From Cenococcum geophilum (taxonomy: Eukaryota): DNA of 64,000 nt. The DNA lies in assembly GCA_050273025.1 (NCBI GenBank), contig CP158635.1, positions 9,920,001 to 9,984,000 on the forward strand, read 5' to 3'. Each line of letters starts with the position of its first letter. Position 1 is the first letter of the stretch. The notes under the pieces were generated by a model. It did no database searches. It was not told where the DNA came from and was given only the letters and a program-made list of their open reading frames with translations. Shown in pieces: positions 12,393 through 25,137 of this stretch. The translations under genes were made by a program, and so were the position numbers.

Positions 12393-13048
12393 ATAACTTT
12401 TCGCGTTGGACATTCAGGGCGACCAGCAGGAAGCAATTCGGGTGGAATGTTGGCAGATCAGATTAGGAAAAGTCAGATGGTTCTACATTCTTTGTGTAGA
12501 TCTATTTCTTTGTGCGCTATCTTGGCGTTCTCCAGCGCTATCCTTTCACCTATGCTGATGACGACCAATGTTTGTGGGTTCTCTAGGGTTGTCTTGGGTT
12601 ATTTGCATGGCTTCACGCGTTCACACGCTGGGGGATACCTAGTTATGAATCTTTCCCCGTTCAAAAACAGCTATGATCTGATAGGACGAGGAATTAGACT
12701 CCTGTTGCCAAACATGTTTCCTTGAATTTTGTTGCTGAATTGGTGTGGTCCCAACGAATCTGCTGTGATTAAAAAAAGAGAAAGGGTCCCTTGAGCGGAT
12801 AATGGAAGTATTCGCCAAGCAATCAAACGTCTGGACCAGCTGGCTGGCCCGAAAACTTATCGGAGTCGACTTGGTTCGTGCGTCTGAGAGTTCCATCTAA
12901 CATCGTATACTGCGTCAGGCGCGCGTATTGCTGTCGCACAAAGCGTTGCGCGACTATCCCATAGTTATTATTAGGCGAAAACTATTGAACGTAATCCCAA
13001 AACAAGTGGCCTCGTTTGGCGACTTCCAATCACCTAATGAATTCCGAA

Positions 13049-14972
13049 ATGGGATCTCATTGGAAGAAAGGTGAAATCTGTGGAGTAGACAATTGCCGTT
13101 CACGATTATACACTGTTGACGAAAACGACGGCTATCAATACTGTGAAAATGGCCACCGAAGAGGAGTAAGTCATCTCACAAGCGAAGTGAAGTCCGTCTA
13201 TCTGATTGTCGAAGTAGAATACGCTTGTTATTGGAGAAGATGAGGATCAGTTTAATCCACACGCCAAAAGACTACGTAAAAAATCAACTGATGAAACAGA
13301 GAAGACTTATCAATGTAGGTCACTTCTTCAAAATGGTTCTGTAGAGCCTTCAGTCAGATCTTTACAATTTCTCTATTATAGTTTTCGCCGGCCTAAAATC
13401 ACTATTTCTCTCCCCTACCATATCATTGTTCACACAACAAAGCATTCATCTCAGCATAATTGCTACTTCATGCCCGCTCACTATCATGAGTATAGATTTC
13501 AAAGGTCGTGAGGCTTTTGACCTTTACCTGCAGTGCTACCAATTAATACTGCGGCATCAAATATGGTTTATGGTGCATTCGAAAGGCTTGCCCGCTGAAC
13601 TTGAGGTTCGTCTTAGGGCATTGAGGATCCCCCCAATTCCTGACTTGTGGTTGCTCATGTAGGTACTTAGAATATCATATTTGACCTTTGGGCTCTCCGC
13701 ATTTCTACCCTAAAGGATCGAATAGATGACGCATCAGGAGATGAAAGCCAGTCGCAGATGTTCAGCTCAGCCTCCGAAGGAGAAACGGACCATGATGGTG
13801 AAGCGCCGCGCTTGGGCAGACGCGGGAGAAAAGTAAACGACACTCCAAAACTCATCGACACGCTGGCTCTATGCTACCTAGGCACTCTAACGCTACGGCT
13901 ACCGGTAACGTTGGGAGACCTTCATGATTGGGTCACAGAAGGCGACATGGTATATATACGGGCTATTAAGTCTATCCCTGTGCCCATGAAAGAGCGATTA
14001 CCATCAGCATATCACTCCTCTCTCGACCCAAATAGCACTCTAAAGTTTGAGCGCCTGCATACAGCAGTACTTGACCTCGTTGTTTCCTATCGGAGGGATT
14101 GTGGTGCCGAATTTCCGCCGCTCAACCATCCACTCCTCCTATACCGATACATGAAAAGGCTAGCACTCCCACTAGAAGTTTATCCCGCTGTTACAAAGCT
14201 TGCGCGACTTTTGGGTTACACTTTTACATACCGTCTCGAGCTTACTAATAAGCGAGCGCGGATTACCGATATTCCAGAAGCACAGCTGATATCTCTCATT
14301 ATCGTATCTGTGAAGTTGTTTTATCCGTTCGATGACGTGCGTCGGTATCCTTCTATGGTAACAGAACCGGCGGCAGCGGTGATTGATTGGGATGCATGGA
14401 AAGACGCTACAAGCAAGTTCAGGAAAACGTTAGAGGTCCCTGATAAGATGAAGGCTGGAGAGCTGATGGCTGTGAAAGAAAAGGATGTTTTCTCGATGTC
14501 TGGTTCCCAGATGGACCAATATCTGGATTGGTACCAACGGACATGGACGGATGAATCAGTGCGGGAGCAGGACAAAGACAGTGATTTCCGAACCGCTCTC
14601 TTCAGGGAGTTTCCTGTTGGGCCCAACGACGAACAAAGGTCTACCAGCCCGGCGGCAATCAGTGAGAAAGCGATTCAGGAGGCAGAGACGGAGAGGCTCA
14701 AGGTTGTGCTAAGCAAGTTGAAGGCGAGGGCCGTCATTACGGAAGAGGAAGCCCAAGATCAAGGAGACATCAAACGGCCGGGGAGCCAGTATAAGTATTT
14801 TCGAAAAGAAAGCGATCTTCCCGATAATGCTAAGATGTTCTACGAAGAGGCTGCGAAGATATCTGGGCTTTCGATGAAGATGCTTGTTAAAGCGGTATTC
14901 TTGACTGAGATGAAGATTCAGCGAAGGAGTGATGAGCGACGGAAGGAAAAGAGGCGGAGAGAAGAGCTGTAA
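13049..14972 (+). CDS. RRN7: RNA polymerase I core factor subunit Rrn7/TAF1B (spliced)
   Basis: N-terminal zinc ribbon CGVDNC...YCENGH, followed by spliced exons FDLYLQCYQLILRHQ and LALCYLGTLTLRLPVTLGDL. Alternative ATG at 13037. Confidence 0.82.
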
Positions 14973-15393
14973 TTACTTATACTTTTTGACGTGCTCCACG
15001 GCATGTGATTATAGAAATCCCATGTGCTTGTAGTATGATGAAGCATGCTTCGAGGATACGTAACAAGGAGTAATTAACAGTTCCCCAAGCGCCAGAGAGG
15101 TTTACGACACACTCGGTGCGATATCCAAGTAATGCATTTGGTAATGGCTTTGGATACTTAGGATAACTTTGCAAATTTCTTTGCACAATTCTAGAGTTTT
15201 CCACGCCCAGCTAAAATCCATATGGCGTCGCGTGCACGACTTTATCAATCGCTCATGGGATAGATGTTCTTCCTGTATTCCTGAGATTGTGAGCAGAAGT
15301 CGATGCAAAAGTACTATACAGCAATTCATAATATTTGATTCGTGAAATATAATATTACTAGGCGTCATAAATTTAGAGAGAGGGGAGCCTGTA

Positions 15394-15632
15394 CAGCGTA
15401 GAAATAAGCGGCCGATATTGGCACATGCGCAACCACTAAAAATCGATTCCCGAAGATATATTACTACTCTAATACTTTGTCATTTGCTCATTACGTCTTT
15501 TATAATCGTGTAGACGCTTTATATAGTACTTGTATATATTCTAAATCATCTTCTAGTCCATCTCCTCCTCAAACAATCGTCGATTTTTGGTGGTTGCGCA
15601 CGTGCCAATATCGGCCGCTTATTTCTACGCTG
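15394..15632. mobile_element. Tc1/mariner-type MITE (239 bp)
   Basis: TIRs of about 55 bp (CAGCGTAGAAATAAGCGGCCGATATTGGCAC... / ...GTGCCAATATCGGCCGCTTATTTCTACGCTG), TA on both sides, AT-rich core. Confidence 0.85.
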
Positions 15633-15773
15633 TACAGGGAGCTCTCTGTTTGAAGCGTCCCGCCTCGCTTAGAAGCCACTAGCGCACACTCGATTGTCTT
15701 GGCGCCCAAATCCACGACTTCCTCGACTTCGTTTGACAACCTCACGATCATCTCATCGACGAATTTCGCAACC

Positions 15774-15938
15774 AGTAAGTAGTCAGCCCTTGCCTCTGTA
15801 TTAACTAATTTGGACGCACCGGCTAATATATCTCCCTAATTAAAGTGCAGATGTGAGTCTCCCACTCGATCTAGGTCCCGCGATGTAGTATCTCGAATCG
15901 CCACTGACATTTTTCCGCCGGCAGCTTCGTCAAGACCC

Positions 15939-15970
<32 letters not shown>

Positions 15971-16541
15971 TCGAGCGATACCATCGACAATGTAAAGTCG
16001 AAGATCCAGGACAAGGAGGGCATTCCCCCGGACCAACAGCGCTTGATCTTCGCCGGAAAGCAATTAGAGGATGGTCGGACGCTTAGTGACTACAACATCC
16101 AAAAGGTACAGAAAACCCTTCTTTCCTGCCCGTGCATTAGTCAGTGGGGTTTTTTGAAGTTGGGATATGGGTATCCGAGGCAATATGGATATGCTGACCT
16201 GGGTATCAACGAACAGGAATCTACTCTCCATCTCGTCCTTCGTCTCCGTGGTGGCATCATCGAACCCTCCCTTAAGGCCCTTGCCTCCAAGTACAACTGT
16301 GAGAAGATGATCTGCCGCAAGTGCTACGTATGTGATCCCCTCTATTATCTTGTTCTTGGCTAGAGAGGATCTACCGAGTTTCTATGGATCAAATTCTCCG
16401 GCTCTTCCGCATCCCCTCCAGCAGACAACAATACTAACTATCAATTTAATTTAGGCCCGACTTCCCCCGCGTGCTGTCAACTGCCGCAAGAAGAAGTGCG
16501 GCCACAGCAACCAGCTACGACCAAAGAAGAAGTTGAAGTAG
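15774..16541 (+). CDS. RPL40: Ubiquitin-60S ribosomal protein L40 fusion, 5 exons
   Basis: Exons 15774 (the A of ATG), 15846-15852, 15925-16105, 16217-16327 and 16455-16541 splice to [11 protein letters not shown]...[23 protein letters not shown]...RPKKKLK. Confidence 0.95.
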
Positions 16542-17657
16542 ATGTGTGTGTTGGAGGTGTGGAGGAATGGAGAGAACGGTTACTTTATCAGGAGGCGTTG
16601 CATACTTGGCGGCCAGTTTCGGGGTTGTAGACTAGCCCTCAGAATTTTCCTTGCATCTGACAACTCGGCCTCCAAACGCTTCATAATGGTTTTGACTAGT
16701 GATTGTTTGACCGCTTGCGTTCGTCTCATTACCGGAATCTTCTGACCAGTCCGCTTCACTTACGGATTCTCCGATGGCAATGGAACCGGATGGTGTCCTC
16801 CACCTCTTAACGGCAAGTTTGGCGGCGCGACACTCGTTAATCCGTCTGAAGACTATCCTGCGGATCAAAGAGCTTATAGATAAAAAAAACCTGAAGACTA
16901 GCACCACAGATCATTATCCACTCCTTTGCGATAGTCCATTAAGCCCATAGTCAATTCCCAATAAAAATCTGAGAATATAGCATCACGTGCTTTCGCGTTT
17001 CCTTGGCGTTGACGTCATACATCACGAAATTGTCACACGAGATGTGAATTTTTGAAATTTCTTTAGAAAGCCTGTCCACTTTTCGAGTACACGCTACATC
17101 CACTACCTCGTTTATCTCACTAGCTCTACACATACCAGGAATTGCATGGCTCAGAAAACCGAAGCCAGCTATGGAGTACAATCCACACAAGTCCAACGCT
17201 AAAAAAAAGACACGGTGTTCAAGAGACAGGTAGGATATATAGACAGCAACGCTGACAACAATGCCACCGGTCGTGTCTAATCGAATGAAAACACCCTCCC
17301 GACCTCGGAAACCCGTAAGGTACAGTAACAGGAGCACAAGTTTGTCTAACGCCCGAAAATGCAAAGATGGGGTTGAGAGGGAGATAGGGCTGGGAGATTG
17401 AGTTGGCCTGTGCCGGAAAGGCAAAATTTGGTTTGAATCAGCATAGACATGAAATGTTGTGGTATCAAAAAACGCCGCGCTATGCTGTCGCGAGAAATAA
17501 AGAAATTTCAGAAGAAAGGTGAAAGTGGAAGGGGTATTTGATTGAGTGTATAATCGTGTTTTCGGCGCCACGATTTGAAAAAAACTGTACAATAGCCTGC
17601 AAACAGCAATGTGAAATGTCGCGGTCTCGTCAACAAAAAACGGAGCCGGTGTCTGCA

Positions 17658-19326
17658 TCAATGGCGCGGTCTCTTCCAGTAGTATTGCTATTAACTGTCA
17701 GCATGCGAATTCGCCTATTGGAGCCAGCTCCGTCCTTCTCAATTGAAGACTTACCTTATGAGACTTTCGCACCGCCCTAAGCCCTGTCCCACCAATGCCT
17801 CCAACAACAGCATCTCGCCTCACCTGATCAGAATCCATCTCCGGCACGTAATAGAACTCGTTCTCAAGCTGTTTACCGGCTGCGTCCTTGCCCTCGCGGT
17901 TGATTTCACCAATGCAAGGGATGCTGTCGAGAAGCCTCTTAAGCTCGGGGGACGTGAGCTGCGTAGACTCTGTGGCCTCGGCAGAGTCGGAGTCCTTCCC
18001 CGGGTTGGGGGAGGGAATGCCGCTTTTAAGCTCTGCAGGTAGGTTGCCAAGAATGGTGGAGAGTGGGATGGAGTGCAGACGCGAGAAAGCAAGCTGGTTG
18101 ATGACATGGTTCTTGATTGGCGATTCGTTTAGTCGACACGTCGATTCAGAACTTGTATGTTGCTGTGGAGAGCGAGAGGATGTCAGTGGGCGGCGGCGGC
18201 GCATGGATTGGGTGGGTGTATTGCCGCTGCTGAAAGAGTTGAGGGATGCCATTCGTGGGAGGAGATTCTCGCCAAAGGGACCGAAGGAATGGATAATTGG
18301 GTCGTTCTCTTCATCACCATCTGAGAAGTCATCGGAGTGGAAAGAAGATAGCACGCTGGACTGAGAGGCCTTGGCGTCATTGGCGGATACGGGCCGTGAG
18401 AGGAACGAACGAATTGGAGACTCTGTAGCAGCAGCGATATTACTCCCGTTGTCCTCTCCAGCATCAGCATCTTCATACACTTGAACCGCTGCATGAGATT
18501 GAAGATCAGAATCCGAAGCTAGGAACGTCGAGGAAGCATTAAAGTTAGGCTGAGCGATAGGACTTGGAGAAATTGGCGATCTTGGAATAACTGGAGGACT
18601 CGAAGCAAAGTGTTCCTGAAAAGGACGGCGCAATGGCGAAGATTCCTCGTTCCAAGTCGAATCCGAACGCTGAGAGTCCATCGATAGTTTCCTTTCCGTG
18701 TACGGCCACGCGATCAGTACGCGAGCATCCTGCACATCCAACATGACCTCTGCCTCTGGTTTCTCAGACACAAACGATTCTCCCTTGCTCAATTCATGCA
18801 CTTGTCCCCTGCAATGCACCTTCGCTCCATTCCAGCCCAAGCACTCTATCACAACTTGACCGTGTTGGCGGGACGCGTTCGGGGCATGGTAAACGGCTTG
18901 GATGTGGACGCGTGAGATATGGCGATTCGCCGACAATTGGTAGTCCGAGGACTTTGAAGATCTGCCCATACGAACGGGTTCGCCGTTCACTGGAAGATCG
19001 ATCGAAGGCACAGCTCCTAGAGGCATACGCTCCGAGAGCGTCGACATAGTACGCTGAAGGCCGGGGCGGACATGACGCGTTGGTGAAGAGGGCAAGATAC
19101 CCGTAGACGAAGTAGGTACTGGCGTAGGGTAATACTTGAGCTCTTGTTTTGGGTGAGAGGGCGAGTCCTCGTTATATTTCCGCTTCGCCGACAGAGGTCG
19201 TGGAAATGGTGAGGACGAGAGAGGCTCGAATGCAGGCAGTAACGATGGCTTCCTTATAGGCTCAGGCTGCTCTGAAGATGTGATAGAAGGTAATTGAGAA
19301 CCTTCCCTGCTAGGTGAGGAGTCCAT
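17658..19326 (-). CDS. TOS4: FHA-domain transcriptional regulator, Tos4/Plm2-like
   Basis: FHA motif MGRSS...NRHISRVH...GWNG. C-terminal REGKDAAGKQLENEFYY; intron 17754-17688 leads to the terminal exon QYYWKRPRH*. Confidence 0.85.
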
Positions 19327-20737
19327 AGCGTGAAGAATCTGTGTAGACGCGATCAAGGGCTTCTCTGGCCTCTCCAAGCACCGGTTGATATGCAGCGCGA
19401 TGAGAGCGGCTCAGATGAACGGAGACGCGATATATTAGTAGTTGAAATGGAGAGGATGAGGAAGGGGATGGAAGGAGAGTGTTAGGACAGCAAGGCCATG
19501 AGGTCAATTGAAGAGGGAGGAGGTCACGTCTGCAAGGCCCGGGGCCGTGAGCTTTGTAGACGCGGTTGTGGGTTTTTGGTCAGACACGCTACTAAGCTTG
19601 GAGCAGTGACCAAGGAACTTCTTCGTGCTGAGCATAACTCAAAACATTATTCACCCACAACAGATTAAGTAGTTTTGTGCAGATGCAATAATTAGAAAAT
19701 TAGGAGGAATCGAATGCATCTTGCAATTCTCCAGCTCTATATAAAATCCTAGCGTTGCATACGTCTCGGGATTTTGAAGCTGATTCTGCAAACCTATGCA
19801 AAAGTACATTACACATAACTTTTATCCCACCTTCTGTCCTCAGATGTCGCTATCTTATTTTCGGCCCGAATACGCTAGCCCAGCCCCTCAGCGCTGCATG
19901 TCATTATTAGGCTTCCAGGCGCGTTTACTGGTGCACTTCTTACGCGCCGTGATGTGATCTTCATGCAGCGGGCTTCGCAAATATCCTGAAGGATCAAAGA
20001 GCTGAAGAGCTGGCTACTTCTCAGCGGGGTTCTGTAAGCTCCATTATTACAAGTTCTGGTGTTCGGTGCGGAGCTCTTGCAAAAGAATCAGAAATTTCTC
20101 AATTGTGCCTCACATACCGCCTTTTAGTGAGCATCCTTGATGTCCTCGTGTTCTGCAAGATTGCAGATGACCCACTCTACATACGGAAGATTTTTTTTTC
20201 CTTCGGCAATTCCACAGTTCGCACGCGAGCTAGTTGCACGGTCCCAGCCCCAGGAGAACGAAATAGACGCGTCTTAAAACTGTGATAATGACCGCCTAGG
20301 GTTATGGTGAGGCAACCTGTTTCAAATTGGTGATGCGAGCGGGTCAGCCTTCTCGCGATGAAAAATCCTATCGTGAACATGGATGCAGTTATACAGGTAC
20401 CAGGGCTAAATCTGCTCAATTCATCTATCCTTGCAGTTTGTGGGCTCTCCAAAATCTCGAATCTTTACCATCTACACCTTCAGATATCCATTGGAATAGT
20501 TTCTTTAGAGACCTAATGGTTTACTGAAATAACTTGGAAATAACTTGAAAATAACATCATCCCAGGCGCGTGGTGTGGAGATGTAAGATGCAAGGCCTGA
20601 TGCAAGGCCTGGCTGTGACAGCCGAGGGTGGCATAATTAAGGTTTCTCCGTTCCGCGCCGGCGGTGAGACTTCACACGGCAATTCAAACTACGAACTTTT
20701 TTTGCGGTGCAGCTTGAACAGTATCACAGTGCGAACA

Positions 20738-22084
20738 ATGACGAAAACGGAGACTAGACTCACGACCAAGGTTGTGGAGGGGACGCCATATCAACTGGAT
20801 TCAAACCAGGTATGTTTGTCATGGTGTTGCGCTTGATAGGCGCTGATCGTGAGGTTTTTTCAGACTATTCGCGCCGCCGAAGCATTGGTCAAGCATATCA
20901 AAGCGGAGCAAAAACGGATAGGGAGTTCTGCGACCAAGAAGAGCCTACTTGCCGAGGGTGACTCGAGCGAGGATAATGCAGCCGATGAGGAGTATGTGCC
21001 AGTCTGGTTGATTCTTGGAACAAAAAAGCATGTCGTAGACCAGAAGAGACTGAAGCCGTCAAAAATGTATGTTTACTCCATTACTCTGAGAAAATCTGAA
21101 GAGTTTTATATTAATTCACGATACAGCGTTCTCCCTCATCCCATCAATACCTCGCCTACAACCCGCATTTGTCTCATAACCGCAGATCCCCAGCGTTCCT
21201 ACAAAGACCTTGTCGCACACGCTTCCTTCCCCAGCTCTCTTTCCTCGCGAATTAGTCGGGTTATTGGCATTACAAAACTAAAAGCAAAGTATAAGTCGTA
21301 CGAGAGTCGGCGCCAATTGCTCGCTGAGTACGATATCTTTCTAGCCGACGATCGCATTATCACGTATCTTCCCAAGACGCTAGGCAAAATCTTCTACAAG
21401 GGAACAAGCAAGCGACCGATACCTGTTAACTTGGCTGCAGGTGTCAAATCGTGGAAAGATAGCGAAGGGAAGAAGGTGAAAAGTGAAAAGGGCTCTTCGG
21501 CTGTGGGCGCGCCGCAGAATGTAGCCCGTGAGATCGAGGCCGCACTGCAAGCTGCGCTGGTACACATTTCACCATCTGTGACGACGGCGATTAAAGTTGC
21601 GAGAGCTAGCATGGCGTCTCAGGAGATTGTGGAGAATGTAGAAGCTGTTGTGAAGGGATTGATGGAGAAGTTTGTTCCAAAGGGGTGGAGAAATGTAAGA
21701 TCGCTGCATATCAAAGGCCCGAATACCATGGCTCTTCCCATTTGGCTGGCGGACGAGCTATGGGTTGGCGAAGAAGATGTGCTAGAAGAGAAGTGGAAGC
21801 CTGTGGAGGGTACCAAGGACCATAAGAACGAGAAGAAGAGGAAATGGGAAGAATGGGAGGATGAGCTGTTGGAGGAGGGAGATAAGCCTCTTAGGAAAGT
21901 CAAAAAGAGCAAGGAGCAGAAGGCGGAGGCTGATGATTTGGCAAAGGAGGCTGTACTTCGAAAGCAGAAGCTTAAGAAACAGAAGGAGGAGGCCTTGAAG
22001 GCAATTGAGGCACCACCAGTCAAAGCGATTGAGGGGACGGAGAAGAGCAAGAAGTCGAAGAAAATTAAGGCTGTTGCAGCTTAG
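20738..22084 (+). CDS. Ribosomal protein L1-domain nucleolar protein (Utp30/Cic1/RSL1D1-like), 3 exons
   Basis: Exons 20738-20809, 20864-21066 and 21127-22084. Motifs ICLITADPQR, YDIFLADDRI and WRNVRSLHIKGPNTMALPIW; Lys/Glu-rich tail. Confidence 0.88.
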
Positions 22085-22272
22085 TGGCGGTTATATGCTA
22101 GGCTAGTAAGGCGTTTAAGGAGTACGATATCAATGGTTGGGCTAGTTATGTTCGAAATTTCATATCATACACAATTCATACACTTCGCATTATCCTATAC
22201 AATCAAGCGTTGCAGCGCCACGTCTACCCGCTCAAAACGCCATCATAAGTCCAAACCGGGAAACATAATTGA

Positions 22273-23283
22273 CTACAGCTCGCCTGAGCTGTCTGAATCC
22301 TGCATCACTATTTCCTCGGCCTCTTTCCCCTTGCCCCCCACAGGACTAAAGAAATCCTTGAAGACCTTCACCAACAACTCATCACTCAACTGCATATGTC
22401 CCCCTTTAGTCTCTCTAAACACCAAACCTCCCTTCTCGTCTAACTTCTTTAATCCCAGCCAGTCCTCCTTGTATATTGCCCGATTCCGCAAAGGTGTCAC
22501 AATCCCACTGGTAAGGTTCGTCACTTGCGCAAACCACCCACTCTCCTTTGGTATCACCGTCGTATCGTCCTTGAACAAGTACATGACGAACTTATTCAAG
22601 CTAGCAATATTCGCAGCGTATTTGGTGTTCTTCAGAACACGCTCGTTATTGATATCAGCCAGGAAATTTGAATTTTCGAGATACTCAGGCGTCGGCTCCC
22701 CGGTGCTAGTATTGCACGAACGATAGTATTGCGCAGGCACAAGCCGCGATTGAACGTAGTTCGACCAGGTATTCACCCTCAACAACGCCATGGCGCCTTT
22801 GCAGAGCCAATCCGTAGGCGCGCAAGCCTGGAACTCGGCAATCCCGTTATGCTGGCTCCCGAACGTGACCAAGTTCCGCACCGGCGGGTTGTTGCATCTC
22901 TCCACATATCCTCGGAGGAACTGCCCGCCTTGCGAGAATCCCAAGGCATTGACGGCAGGCGCAAGCGAGAGGACGGGGTGCACAGCTAGGGTGTCGCATA
23001 CTTGAGCCAGCTGCTCTGTGAGATTGCCGAAGAAGGTTGCGGTGCGGTCAGAGCCTGGGTCCTCGTCAAGTCGGATGTTGTAGACGTATGTGCCGGGGTT
23101 CGTTTCATTGGCGAGTTCGCCAACAGAGACGAGCCCATCAGCGGCGTAGTTGTCGCCCAGGCCGTGCCAGATTATGAGAGGTAGAGGTCGGGAGGGTTTT
23201 GTGAGAGTGGAAGGGATGGCGGAGGCGGAGGCGGAGCTTAGGAAGAGAAGAGTGGGAACGGAGAGATGCATTGGGAGATGCAT
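22273..23283 (-). CDS. Palmitoyl-protein thioesterase 1 family alpha/beta hydrolase
   Basis: Signal peptide, IIWHGLGD, nucleophile elbow GFSQGG, TFGSQHNG and GGHM. Confidence 0.93.
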   Translation of the reverse strand: MHLPMHLSVPTLLFLSSASASAIPSTLTKPSRPLPLIIWHGLGDNYAADGLVSVGELANETNPGTYVYNIRLDEDPGSDRTATFFGNLTEQLAQVCDTLAVHPVLSLAPAVNALGFSQGGQFLRGYVERCNNPPVRNLVTFGSQHNGIAEFQACAPTDWLCKGAMALLRVNTWSNYVQSRLVPAQYYRSCNTSTGEPTPEYLENSNFLADINNERVLKNTKYAANIASLNKFVMYLFKDDTTVIPKESGWFAQVTNLTSGIVTPLRNRAIYKEDWLGLKKLDEKGGLVFRETKGGHMQLSDELLVKVFKDFFSPVGGKGKEAEEIVMQDSDSSGEL

Positions 23284-23448
23284 CTTCAGGGCCCTAGGGA
23301 TAATCAGAGAATAAACATGGATATAGTTATTCGCGGAGAATAAGAAAGCGTGTGGTGGGTTGGTGACGGAGCTGAGCCCGGTAAGTTCACTTACGAGATG
23401 CCGCGCAGGGTGGAGATCTTCTATGACGTTCGTAGTTAGCGCCGCTTG

Positions 23449-23720
23449 TTAGCGCCAGTGTCTTTCAACGACAAGGCTGACTGCCAAATTATCGCTCTCC
23501 AGGTCTACACCAATAAATTCAGCATAGGAAGTTTTACACAAGAATGCCTTCTAAACGTCTTCAGGTCTTCCATACCTCGGCCGCGTAATAATTTTTGTGT
23601 CAGGCGCCAGACCGCCCAAGATATCAAAATAGTGCAAATTCCGATCACGACGTTGAGTACTAGACCAATCACGCTGATCGTGTCGCTTACGGACAGAGAG
23701 CGATGGACGATGGCTGTCAT
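23449..23720 (-). CDS. Single-TM microprotein, family member 1 (66 aa)
   Basis: Exon 1 23720-23576 (145 nt), intron GTATGG..TAG, exon 2 23504-23449. Product MTAIVHRSLSVSDTISVIGLVLNVVIGICTILISWAVWRLTQKLLRGR|DLESDNLAVSLVVERHWR*. Supported by four paralogues. Confidence 0.78.
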
Positions 23721-24098
23721 AATAATTGCGATGAAATATCAACAAAGCAGCTGTAGATTGGGGAGCCAGCAGAGGACTATTTAAGGACGTGGGTAGGTGC
23801 AATTGTGACCGACAATGCCCACAGCGCACGGATCACACCCTCTTTCGAGGGCAGGGCTTTTTCCGAACGTTGATCCGACTAGTCCTAGGCCGGGTTTGGC
23901 CATGGCCCGCCTGGGGTGCGCGGATGAATCGTGGCTGAGCAGGCCGCTCGTGCACGTGACGTGTCTCTGGAGCTTCCAGCATCGCCGGTCCCTCCAGCTT
24001 TTTCAAGGATGAGAGGGCATCTGCAGGGGTTGGCTATCCAAGCATTAGGGCCACTCTGGCACAGGCGAGCCACTCGCTAATGTCAGCCTACCATTATA

Positions 24099-24522
24099 AC
24101 GTGTGTGACCACTCCCTGGGCCACACCAGTCCTCGGGCCGCTCCAAAAACCACCAAAAATCGGGAAAATCGCATCTTGATATCTCAACAACGGCTTTATA
24201 ATAAATTCTAAAATTCCATAGCTAGCCTTTCATGCCCATTCTAAGACTCCTATTAAAGTTCTAGAATAATAAGCCTAGCCGTTATTAAGATATTGAGTTT
24301 TGGCCCCAAATTTTTATCTAAATTGCTATTCCTCTAGAACTACTTAATGAATTACTTCCAAAGTCAGAGTAGAGTCTTAGAATGGGCATAAAAGGCTAGC
24401 TATGGAATTTTAGAATTTATTATAAAGCCGTTGTTGAGATATCAAGATGCGATTTTCCCGATTTTTGGTGGTTTTTGGAGTGGCCCGAGGACCGGTGTGG
24501 CCCAGGGAGTGGTCAAACACGT
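24099..24522. mobile_element. Pogo/Pot2-like MITE with long TIRs (424 bp)
   Basis: TA|ACGTGTGTGACCACTCCCTGGGCCACACC... / ...GGTGTGGCCCAGGGAGTGGTCAAACACGT|TA. The inverted repeat extends about 150 bp. Confidence 0.88.
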
Positions 24523-25137
24523 TAACCCGCCGCGAGCGGCACGTACATGTAGATCAAGGCTTGGTACGTCAAGTCATATGCGGTCGGCGCTATTACGCAA
24601 AGCATATCATAGCTGACGCCCACTCTGCGGATGTGAACCGAGACCCTAAAAGAGATGTCTGGGTGAATCAACGGCCGACACTCTAGGCTAAACAGGCGAT
24701 GCCGCGAGCAAGTTCACACGGCGCCAATCCTACCAAAGAGAATTGGCTTCCTCAGTCAGCACCTACGAGTTTTATAAATCGTTTACCCTATTCCCGTCTA
24801 AAGCTGCGGTTCCTCTTGTGCCTATGCAGTTGCCTCAAGACTTGATTTTCATACAACTAGCCGCTAATAAGCTAGCCCACAGCCCAACAAACCAAAGCTA
24901 ACCCCTCCATAACACCTTAGGCTTATCAACATCGACCTTTTCTTATAAAATCCAGCAAACCCTTGAATAGAGTTTAGAGAACATCTCTAATGCTGTAAAA
25001 GCACCAACGTAGTCTTTAATGGGATAACACAGGCAATGTAACTTCGCGTCAGACGGCTGTTCCTATTTTATCGTACACGCAGCATTTAACATCTTCACTC
25101 AAGGCCTTTATCGCCACGCTTCTGCTCCTCACCTCTA

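Noticed and set aside
16951..17661. 236-aa minus-strand ORF
   Set aside because: Lies in the 3' UTR region of the TOS4-like gene, has low-complexity Phe/Leu-rich composition and shows no domain.
20177..20452. 91-aa ORF with a short hydrophobic patch, considered as a sixth microprotein
   Set aside because: Lacks the SDxIN motif, a full TM helix and the conserved intron/exon 2.
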